From: Hydrurus foetidus
Taxonomy: Eukaryota
Direction: 5' to 3'
Length of the DNA stretch: 40,368 nt
NCBI GenBank assembly: GCA_900617105.1
Contig: UYFQ01000226.1
Location: 1 to 40,368 of the forward strand
The notes under the pieces are model-generated. The model was not told where the DNA came from, did no database searches, and saw nothing but the letters and a program-made list of their open reading frames with translations. Positions 24,782-37,000 of this stretch are shown here, piece after piece. A program made the position numbers and the translations under genes. Each line of letters begins with the position of its first letter. The first letter of the stretch is position 1.

Positions 24782-25696
24782 TCATGCTTCATTTCCGACT
24801 CTTTTGTCTGTCCACCAAGACGGAATATCTTCTTTAGCAGAGAAACTTTTTGGCAGCATCCCAGAGGGAAGATTACTTGTTATCTTTTGCAGGAGGCCGA
24901 AGACTTTTCCGCCTACAGACGCGTCCAAAGATTCACCGATCACTTCATATAGTCCGAAAACCGCTCCTTTTCCGGCTGTAGTGTCGCCGGTGAATCTGTC
25001 AGTTACATAACCGACTGTCTGATGTTTAATTTTTCCGTTGGCATTAAAGATAAACGACCGCGCCTGAAGTAACGAGGGTCAAGAGCATCTTTCAGGTATT
25101 TGGACTCAGTCGCTCGTTAAGGAAAGCACGCTCTCACATGCTTATGTCGACAGGTAACCGTACCTCAGGTGGGCCAATTAGCTTTTTCCCGGTAGGTTCT
25201 ACAACTTTGCCAAGACCCGTCTTAAAGCTTCCTTTAAAAGTTGCTCGGGGTCTAACGAAATACCAGACTCTCGTCGGCTCAATGGGATCGTCGCAAGTAA
25301 AACCGAAGGCGTTCTGTTGCATGTCTGGAAATGCGGAATTGATGTCTGATGCAACACCCTTTATAGATACCATGATATCCTACAGTATGACATATTAGAA
25401 ATTGTGAGATCATGACTGTAGTATTTCTCAGGAGTGTGATACTGATAGTTTTTCGTCACCTTTTTGACAAGGGGCCCAACAACTGGACCACGAAATACAT
25501 AGTCATCGGCCAACTTATCCACAGAAGGACTGCTGAGGTATTCCTTTGTAAGCCGAATAAAATCTTCGGGACCGAGTGTGGCGCTCAAATAAGATTGCTG
25601 GCGTTTGTCGTTGGTCTTCAGAGTTGCTCTGAAAGACGTTGCGACTTCAGCCGTTGCGATCAGTATCGCCAGTAGCACAAGCATCACTGTTCGCAT
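24782..25696 (-). CDS. SnoaL/NTF2-like protein with signal peptide and likely plastid transit peptide
   Basis: Exons 25696-25460, 25379-25164 and 25063-24782. Hydrophobic N-terminus followed by ATS-FRA. Motifs LADDYVFRGPVVGPL, AFPD, F..G.IKHQTVGYVTDRFTGDT.G.GAVFG and IPSWW, recalled from an algal uncharacterised family. Confidence 0.7.
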
Positions 25697-26084
25697 TCTT
25701 TCGTCTGCTTTTAATGGTGAAATGGTCGATACTGAAAAATATTGATACCCACACATCATCTATATCATGAGATCCGGACTGTTCAACTTGCATGAGAGCA
25801 ACGAACCCGAACCGTTCTGGCAGAACACGCACGTCATCATGACTCACATCAAGAAAATTTCAGAGGGGGGGTTCCTAAAATGGTAAAATCAGCTAAATTC
25901 ATGATTAAAATTTAAAATTTATCATTTGGATGCTGCAAGTGCAATGTTCGTGAGAGCCTGGCGACAGAGAGTGCGACAATCTTCATCCAACCACCACAAT
26001 TATGAAGAATTACATGAAGATTTGAAAAACAGTAATTGGCATTCGATCAGATACTGCAACGAATTGAATTTTTAATTTCTGTCG

Positions 26085-27129
26085 TCACACTACCTTAGTT
26101 CTCTCCTGCATCTCGAGACTCGGCCTGACTCCTTTTTTCCTCCTCTTTTTTGACTTCTTATTACCACTTCTACTATCGCTGTCTACGCCTTGAGATTTCT
26201 CAGCATGATTCAGTTCGTACAGACGCCCCCTTTCGTAGAACCATCCGAATACTGAAAACCGCTCGCACATTTTTAGGACTGGTTCGACTCGATGAAGCCG
26301 AGGCACATGGAAAAGTATGCACGTATTGAATTCAGGCATGATCACTTCTCCACCGACTAGATCGATAAAAGATCCACCGTTGTCCGAAGACCAATTTTTG
26401 GTAAGGTAGTAGACCATCGCAGTATCGCGTGAACAGAGAAGTGTTGTGGTATCCTCACCATGACTGTCTGCATCCACGAAAGGAACGTCAAGATATGCAG
26501 CATCATCGTGTGCATCGATGAAATGACCTTGGGTGTATTTTCCCGCCTGAAACGCATAGTGCGCTTTGTTCGGTAGCAACGATGCAATTATCTCGTAGAA
26601 TCTCTCAAAGTCCCTCTTGTAAGGATGGTCTTGAAGACCACTCGATGCATGAAACTGATGCTCTATCGATCCAGCTCCATAACTGCTCAAGTTATCTTTC
26701 CTATCGTTGGACGCGCTTGAGGTTGACCATTCTTGGATACGCTTTAATAGGCAAAGAGCACCTGTGTATTCCCGTGCAGCGTTTCATATGTTATCCAGGT
26801 TTCAATGTTCAGATAACGCAAAATGTTCTAGTAGCTTAGATATGGCTGTAGATCGTTAGACAACCTTCAGCGACTTCTTCAGGAAAGAGGTTCGATATCT
26901 TTAATATGTTGCTACCAGATGATCTGGAACCCAGCCTTTCCGCAGCTTTAAATTTCAGCAGATTTTTCTCCGGCTCATTGGCTGTGTTTACATAATTTTG
27001 AAACAACTTTATGAGATGCACCTCGTCTTGCGATTCTCTCACATTACACTGCACATTTGCTACTGCACATTTCCGTTTAACTGATTTGCGCTTTGTTTCA
27101 TATGTTAGCTTCACAAGCAATTCATCCAT
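26085..27129 (-). CDS. 2OG-Fe(II) oxygenase (OGFOD1/Tpa1-like prolyl hydroxylase domain)
   Basis: Exons 27129-26865 and 26761-26085. HxD in FIDAHDD, YYLTKNW...GG, distal LHRVEPV, RFSVFGWF; basic NLS-like tail KKSKKRRKK. Confidence 0.85.
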
Positions 27130-27982
27130 TTCGAAATTTATGTTTTAATCTCAGCTGACAACCAAGACTAGTTGGTCGAGTCCTGTCAATCGTTGCTGGA
27201 AGATGGTAATGATTGTGAACTGCTGTTTTCTTTTTTCAAATCAAGGCTGAAGGCTGAAGCTGAATGCTGTAGAGAGTATAGACTGTAGTCTACAGGGGCG
27301 GATCATGTAATGACGCACCAAAAAAACTCTGCTGAAAGTACGAATTTTGATTAGAGTCGGGAGAATCCAGCTCAACAGATCTGAGATTATCGAAGATCGT
27401 GAGAAATGAAACCAGCAAACTAAATTTGTGGCTGAAAATCATAACTGCCAATTATTTGGTATATATTTGGTATATTTATCACATATAAATTCCAAAAAAA
27501 AATTATGCCAATGTCAACACATTTCACTTTTTCTTCAAAGCGCTACTCAATCTGGCCTCCATCCTTGAAATTGCTGCGTTATTAACAGTTAATTTGATCT
27601 CTTTCAAGTACGCAAAATACAAAATACTTTCAGATACCTCTGGAGCATCCTAATGGAGGTTACATTATCTATTCATATTGATAGTGTAGTCGGAGAGAAA
27701 TCCTACTGATTATTGTCGTGTGTGATCAACTAACAGATTCATTTCAGTTTGGATCTTTATGGGATCGCGACGAGTATGCGAGAGATAAAGGTAAAAGAGA
27801 AGATTGTGTTTGAGGTCTGTTATCACGCGTTGACATTTGTTGAATTATCGGTGATGAAAATGCATCAATGCAAGAATCTTCGGGAGACATATACAATTCT
27901 TTGGGTTGGGATGGTTTTCGACGCCTCGGCAGTTAAGGATCAAAATACAAAACATCAAAGAAACAGTCCTACGCAGGAAAAT

Positions 27983-29541
27983 TTATCTCTTCATTCTAAA
28001 ATTCGTGCTGCAAGCAGACGAGTCAAAACCAGTGAGAGTCATATTACCCGCTGTGTCGTCAGTAGAAAGGTGACTTTGATGATGTTTGCAACATGAATTA
28101 CCCGAGAACCTCTCAGTTGATAGTTGATTCAGTGTGTTTCTCGAGTAGTATACTATAAGGAAGATGGATAACAGACTGAACGAACATATCCCTACGGCAC
28201 CGGTGATTTTTTTCCATGACCGTGGGTCAGATATGCCGAATGACATTCCGATGAAAAGGCCCACTGAAAAGGATGCGAAGTGAGCAGCATAGGCCGTGTC
28301 TGGGCTGTACCAAATGGCATACGCTACTATCTCAAATAGCGCTTGTGCAATGAAGATAAAGACCATCGCGTAGTAATATTTCCAGTCGAGATCATTTCTG
28401 GTCAACATAAAATGCGAGAAGCAGCACCCTATCAGTCCGTACACGCCTGACGAACATCCAATGAATCCTTCATACGGTGATATGACGGAATGACCCATAC
28501 AACCGAATATTACAGATGCCTGGTAGACAATTGCCGTGACGAAGGAGTGGTAGGGGTGGCTTACTTCTAGAATCATGCCGTATATCAGTCCTAGTGCTGT
28601 GTATCCCCCGATGTGCTGGAGACCCTCATGGGTGAATTGAGATGATATCAGCCGCCAGTGCTGCTGATCTTCACTGCATCCAGGCCAACTGCCGATTGTC
28701 TTGAATGGAAATGTTGGTAGGGCTGGCGATAATGGTCCAATTAGATTTATCTTTGGCGGAGGTCTAATAGCCACGATACCTCCCAAGAAAAATAGCCAGT
28801 CGAGTAATGATATGGATGCAATAAAAATGGGATAGTAGGACTTCCAGTGGCACGCCCCATTGCAGCAAATCATAGATTCCGATGCTGCGGTGGCAGCTGC
28901 TATAGAGCCAACACTCGATTTCCAGCTGGATTTCAAAACCTGATCATCTAAATCCTGTAATTGGTTCTCTTCGAGATGGTGCATATCGTCAGGTTCATCG
29001 TATTCGTCGTATCCCGTATCTGGATCATCGGTCTCCGCGCTGTCGTCAGGATTTCGATGCATAACAAGTCTATTTGTCGGCTCATCAGCGCTGTCTATTT
29101 CCTCTGCTAATTCGCCATCTTCGTCCTCATCCTCGTCATCGTCATCATCGTCCTCCCCTTCTTCTTCATTATCATCGTTCTCATCATCCTCATCTACTTC
29201 ATTTTCGTCAATATCGTCGCAATCATCGTCAACATCCTCGTCTTTCCCCAATTCATCGTCATCAACATCATCTTCTTCTCTTCCTCCTCCTCTTCATCGT
29301 CATCATCGGCACATGCTATTTTGCCATCCTCATCCTCATTTTCTTCTTCCTCGATTGTGATTCTTACAGACATACCAGCATCATCATTATGGTTGCCGTC
29401 ATCATCATTATTAAGCGGGAGATCATTGAAGATATTGCCCGCCAAATCTGAATACACACTGATATCACTTTGGTCCTCCGATCCACTGCGTTTTGAGTCC
29501 CTCGCAGTTTCAGCGGCGATGTTGTCCCAATGCGCCTTCAT
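27983..29541 (-). CDS. Rhomboid-family intramembrane serine protease with long acidic N-terminus (one apparent frameshift at ~29279)
   Basis: WRLISSQFTH, GCSSGVYGL (catalytic Ser), AYAAHF (catalytic His) and several TM segments. The upstream D/E-rich frame from MKAHW (29541) switches frame inside a GAG/GAA repeat. The start and final exon are uncertain. Confidence 0.8.
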
Positions 29542-30574
29542 GAGACTGGGCCTCTGCGTCACCAGCCGCTTTGTGTGCAAGCATCCTCATTGTAGACAAA
29601 AGCTCTCCTCGCTATTGATTGACCACTGACCCGGGCAGTTATTCAAGTGTCACTTTGAAACGTTTCTTCCTGGGTCATCTTTAACACACATCACTTCAAC
29701 AGACGAACGATCTCCATCGCATTTGCTACGAATACGATAAAAGTAGCCATTGTGTCAGAGGAGTGGAGAGTGGAGTCGTATGCAAATATGGTCCCTTATT
29801 TCCATCAGTTTCAAGTCCATTTTGAGCTCTAGTTGGTTGCGCATGCTGTTGATCAAAATCGGAAAGTTGAATCTGACATCGGACGATAGTTGCAATACAA
29901 ATTTTGTCAATTCCCTGAAACAGCTTCTACATGCGACCTCAAGGTTTCGTCCCTGACTGAGCCCTCTCTGGCTATCAGGTATCAAGCTCTGTGTATAAGC
30001 TACAGGCTACGGTGTAGACCAAATTTCCTAAAAATTCCCTGCCGTATAACATCCGACATCGAAATAGGTCTGTTTGAACGTGGTTTTGAATGATGTGAAG
30101 TGGTTCCACTGTTCTGTCTGGCCAGAAAAAGGAATCCAGTCTTGCTTATTATTCAGATTTCTAATATAATAGTCATTCGGTCTGGAAAATTGCAAATGAT
30201 ACGCTACGTCGTGTTCAACAAGAAAATGTGAGCAATTTTGCCAACAGTTTGTGAGACAACGCACCGATGCTATTCTCGTGCGTAAGTCCGTGAAATGTTA
30301 TTACTGAAAAGAGAAAGATTCTTTCAAGTGCGTCTAAATAAGTTCAATATTGACAACATATAATTTAAAGGTGCTACAACATTTAATCATTATTTCACAA
30401 ATTCATGGTGTCTATCTTTCTCCTGTCAATGTTTTGCTACACTCATTCAAAGGCCTGATGAAGAAGACATGAAGGACGATGTAGCTAAGGGAGGAGAACA
30501 AAGAGATCAGTGCACTGGAACTCCTCACCACATGTCATCCTAGAATAATGAGATGACGAAAGATTGATATGCGA

Positions 30575-31637
<1,063 letters not shown>

Positions 31638-32087
31638 ACTCGACAAAAATCTCCAGTAATTCTCTCAAAATGAATACCAAGAAGGATGATTTGACTTCCG
31701 TCAGCAGAATTGCAGTAAAATCACCGCCGACTGTGCCATCCAATTGTTATTTGGCACCATTGGAATTGGGAACGAGTAACTCGAACTAATGTCGTGAAAG
31801 TAAGTCGCCAATAATCAATAATTCATAATTCATCTTTCATCCTTCAGCCTTCATCCTTCATTCTTCATCCTCAAGTAACAGCGATATTTGTACGCCGTAC
31901 GTCAAAAATAGACGAAAACACGTTGGTGGTAACCGATTTTTACCAGATAAAGTGTCTACTGTATTGAGTTTTGATACGAAAAATTTCTACATTCAAATTC
32001 GAATTTATTTGATTATTTCAAAATCTGAGCGCAGTGATCGAGATACAGCGCTCACATACAGAGTTAAGAGACTGCTCTCTGAAGGAA

Positions 32088-32832
32088 ATGCCTGATGTGC
32101 ATTTCACTGGATCAGTTGACAACGCTGCTGTTGAAGACTATGCAGAAGTGTCGTTGACTTTTGCTTTTGTTCCTGGCTCGGCGGCGTGGTACTTTAAAAG
32201 CGGTAGATCTCACGGCGAAACGCACACTGCCAGAAGCGCCGACCACAGCAACATAGTTCTAAATTACCCGATCGACGTCCACTATGATGCATCTAGTGCC
32301 GAAGGATGGCCATTCTTTGTTTGCGAGGTAAACAGATACACATCTCAGGAGATCGTCTAATTTTACATCGAATTATCACTCGGATGGCTACGACTGATCT
32401 CATCTAATACACAGTTGTGGGACAAGTCCGATCAGGGTGTGAGAAATTTTATTGGCTGTGGCGCTGCCTGGTTACCGCAATCAGGTATCCGAAATACTAT
32501 CGATGTCTGTTTATGGCGTCCAAGCTCATGCGACTTCGGGGCTTTATCAGGTGACTATAGTATCCTCGAAATCAGAACTCGACGAGCAATTTCACCTCGA
32601 AATGTCTTATTTACAGCTATCTACAGTCATCTGTTCTTCTCATATGACTTCTCATAAAGAAATTATCCCGCCAGAAATGCTTCTCCCGACGTGTCCAGAC
32701 CTCAAACTTCTCCGTGAGCTGACCGTGAGCCCTTACTTAAGATCCCATATAGATACCGAATCTGTTGGGACAGTCAGAATCACCGTAAACACAATTACAT
32801 CTGGATTTGAATATTTTGGTGTCCAGATGTAG
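32088..32832 (+). CDS. B9D2: B9 domain-containing protein 2 (ciliary transition zone, MKS module)
   Basis: Exons 32088-32327, 32415-32550 and 32675-32832 give 177 aa: MPDVHFTG, GETHT, NYPIDVHY..SS.EGWP, LWRP, and C-terminal FEYFGV. Confidence 0.88.
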
Positions 32833-34062
32833 AGAGAGTTCATGGACTGGACGACAGTGCTTCAACTCTGTTCACCGACAGATGTTTATCCAAGAGCTGA
32901 TTCGCAATTGATGTGATGAACCATCTAAGAACATCATCATCAAATAGAAGCGAAATGTTAACTATATAATTATGCTATCGACATCAATTCTGCGCTTCAT
33001 CGATCAAATGCAATGAGAGTGACGGGATTTCGTTGTGATTTCCCTTACGGCAGTTTAGCCTGAGCAGCGCCCAACACCTCAAGACCCTATAGGATGGAAA
33101 ATAACAAGCGAATAACGAAACAGACCTGTCGTCAATTACGAATTGCTCTATCTCTGCTCTGTGATTCATATTCATCATGCTACCTGCCCTAATCCAGTTT
33201 TACGCCAACACTGAACATCAAGAAATATCTCCGAGGTCTAATTAAGTTATTTAGAAATCTTCATTTTTACATCTAGTGAAATCAATTCGAATTGCCATAT
33301 GATATAGGGTCATTGTGTTGAAAGTGACCAATAAATTCTATCTTGGTGACTTCAAAAAATTAAAATGTGGAAAATTTAAAAAAAAATGTGGTGACTAAAA
33401 TGTGGAAAATTAAAATATGAGGTATAGGAAATTTATTTAAGGGTTAGTAAAACCAAAACAAAATAATGATACGTACTTCGCAGTAAGTCACGTACGGTAT
33501 GATGCCGAGCGGTCGATTCCAGCATATTTTATCGTATCTAGAATTATCGCATGACGCGGGTAAATTTTCGTGTAGAAACACTAACAAATTTAAAGGCTTG
33601 TCACGACTTTTATATCGTGGTGATGATATGCGAATGTGGTGCTATTCTCATGACCTTCCGTTTTGCAAAGAGATCGTGCTCTGTATTTCTAATTATTGCG
33701 ATGATGAGTGAACGCCTCAATGACGAGTATGGCAGTCATAACACTATGACGCTATGTCAATCCACGCTCGAGTTATGAGGCTCATTTTTTTTCCATGTAA
33801 TCATTCTATCGATATTGCACTGTAACAAATTCCAAGGTCCATTAGATGTAATGAGAGTCAGTATCGCACTGTACAGATGATACAACTGAATATTGAGAAA
33901 TTATTTTTCCACGGGTGATATGAAATACCAAATCAGCTTTGTCGAGCTGATATTGTCGTGATACGAGTTTGTTGTGATTTTCGCAACTGTAATCGAATCT
34001 CCTTTCATCTCTGTCCTACCTCCATCATATTCGAATTCCAGCTTATTCGAATCGTTTTCAGT

Positions 34063-37000
34063 CTAACTTTCGGTTTTTAGTGGTAGCAGCGCTACGTTCT
34101 CCTTGACAGCTTTGTCGTTACTATGTTCCGCATCTCTAACTTGTTCCAATAACTGATCGTTCGTCACTAGTGGATGAGAAATCATCGCTCCTATAGGGCG
34201 GGGATGAAAATCAGCAAAGCTGTCACTTTCTGCTAGATAATAAGGATTAAGGGCAACTCCCGGTATACCCGGTAAAGCTGAAGGGCTCTTAGACTGAGGG
34301 CCCGTGAGGGTGGAAGAATCAAAAGAGTCCTTACTCTCTTCTTCACTCATGCTCGTTTCTAGAGATCCGTTAGAGACTAACCCCCTCTGGGCTCTCAAGT
34401 ACGCAGCTGACTGGGGACGAAACCCTCCGATTGGAAAACTTGTCCTTCTTTCTCGTGGCTTGAAGATATCATGACCTAAAGGGGTGCTATCATCCATACT
34501 ATCTTCCCCTTCCCCATTATTCTCCGCGTTATTCTCCCCTTCTGTGTTCTCCTCTACATCTCCTTTCTCTTCATTCTCCTTATCTTGCCCCTCTTCTTCC
34601 TCCTTATTTTCCTCTCCATTTTCCTTCTCCTCTATTTCAGTCAGATTCAAATTCAAATTCTGATGTAGTTCCTCTTTTGTATCTGATACGAGTTCCTCTT
34701 CTTTTTCTCCAAAACCCTTCACCATTTCTTCTCGTCCTCCTCGAGATATGAGTCCTCTTCCATTCCCCTGACGGCCTTCACTCTTTTCCTCTTTACCTTC
34801 CCCTTCTTCTTCTTCTTCATGTTCGAGCCGGTTTTCAGTGCCATTAATGTGGTGTATGTATTCTATTTGAGGATTGTCCTCTTCACTGCTATGTATAGTT
34901 AAGCATTGTCTCTGAGCTCCAACCTCCTTATGATGACATGCGTGCTGATGTAGTCGCAACTGTCCAGATGGCAAGGGGTCATTGACTTTCCACTCGCCCT
35001 CCTCCTCTTCTTCCTCTTCCTCGTCACTATCATTATCATCATTCTCTTCCCCCTTCTCATCATACTCCTTCTCCTCATCATCCTCTTCATTCCCCAGTTG
35101 CTCTTGCTCCTCCAAGTAAATGGCCGCATCACCGTCTTCGCTGTCCTCGCGAGTCACACATATTGGCTGTTCAGCAGATACCTCCTCTGTGCACTTTCCT
35201 TCATCTTCTCTCAACATCTGACACGCCTGTCGTGATACTCGCATCCGTTCTAAATACTGCTTTCTCTCCTTTTGAATGAGCTCTTGTTTCCGCTTCTTCA
35301 TTCTTTCTCCTTTTGCTACCCGCTGCTCCTTCACTTCGTCATAGGACAGGTGGAGCAGCTTTAGCTGCTCTAGTCTTTGCAGACGATTGTAATCCATTCT
35401 CTTTAAGTTCTCTAGATGTCTTTCCTCTTCATGCAGCACGTTGTGTGAGGCATTCCATCCGATCTCCCTTCTTCTCGCCTGCTTCTTCTCATTCGTGATA
35501 GCCCGTAACTTTTTCTCCACCGGTGCTTCTTCCTCACCACCCATATCAGCTCGGAAACTCACACAGTGTACGAGTGTATGTGGCACGTCCTTCACCATGT
35601 TCGTCACTATATGTGTGGCAGATTTCCCTCTGGAAAGCCTGTCTGCTCCTTGGACTTGCTTCGCACTTGTTCTTGGTCGACCACTTATGTGCATCTCAGA
35701 GAATATCGGAAAGGCACCAGTCGGCAAAGCATCGCTTGATTTAGATTTCAGACCTCCTTGCATGGAAGACAAGAACTCTCCTCTGTCTCTGATTCGGTGC
35801 TTGAAGGATGTACATGACATCTGGGCAGCTGACCATCTCTGAACTGGATCATAGATTCCGACAGAGTCCAGGGTCTGCCCTCCTTCAACTTCAACCTCAA
35901 CATGGCTCTCAATCACTGCATTGGAATGTGTACATTGCTGAGTGGTGTGTGGGGCACATAGCACATCACTGTCTGTATGGCTCACTTCACCCCCAGAGGG
36001 AGTGGAGATGGAAATGCTGTGAAGAATAATTGGTATGGGACGATTGGCTGGATGGTCCCCTGTGTCAAACTGAAAGTACTCCGCTCCTTCATACATAGGT
36101 TTCCTTCTCACACTAGCATCACATGCTAGAGCAGTCTTCACGATGGAGCCAAAGTGGGATGTGTTCTTGCTTTGAGAATGCCTTTCTGATACCATGCCCG
36201 TACGAGTTGTACGGTCTTTTATTTCTCCATCTTTGTAACCCCTTGTGCTATCAGCCGCTCTCACGCCTGGATTGTCTGACTGACTGACTGAATTGGATCT
36301 CGACTGAGTGATGCCTTTGTCGACAGACCTTTTATTCTGATTTTCAATAGTAAGGGGTGTAAAAGATATCATCTCGCCTCTCACTAGGTCCAACATACTG
36401 TACATCTTATGGCACACCTGGACAATCAGTTTAGTGGGTAATCCCAGAGACGTTAGTATACACAGGTGATCACATGAAAGGTAGTTCTACTGATGAAGAA
36501 GAGAGATGGAAGAGGCGGAGAGTTGTATAGCAAGTTCAGTCACTCATGAAGACAAATAAGTGTGATTTTTACGAGTGAGATGGTTGGAAAAAAAGGATGG
36601 ACAACAGACAAAGCCATCGAGAAAGTAGTAACGAATAGAGACATAATATAAAGTACAAAATTTCACCTTGCAAATGGGAGCTATGCGATAAAAGCGGTTA
36701 GGTCGCGCTGACTCTAATGCTACGTTATAAACCAGAGCGAAATACGGAGAATGTGGAGGAGTTGCAGAGTGAGATTAGGGATATAGAATAAAGAAAGCTG
36801 GAGGAAGGCAAATAAAGCGACATCACTGATGAATGTGTCGAGAAAGAACAACGATTGTGTTGAAGGATACGTTCATCAGGGTTAAATGAGTAAAGTAAGA
36901 AACAAGCTGTGCTGAAAACAGCTATCGTTGGAAGAGAGGAAACAACGATAGATAAGAGAGGAAAAAGAACACATCACTATTGAATCACAAGAAAGCGGGG

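Noticed and set aside
27291..27330. TA-CAGGGGCGG possible transposon terminus
   Set aside because: No partner inverted end was found, and similarity to the large element's TIR is limited to a few bases.
29542..30264. Long same-frame run upstream of the rhomboid interrupted by TAG/TGA, suggesting stop-codon reassignment
   Set aside because: Mixed stop types, no recognisable protein, and TAA, TAG and TGA all terminate genuine genes in this window.
31922..31933. X-box-like GTTGGTGGTAAC upstream of the ciliary gene B9D2
   Set aside because: Imperfect match, and RFX factors are not known outside opisthokonts/amoebozoans.
33355..33420. AAAATGTGG short repeats
   Set aside because: Three degenerate copies in AT-rich DNA without spacers or TIRs; not CRISPR-like.
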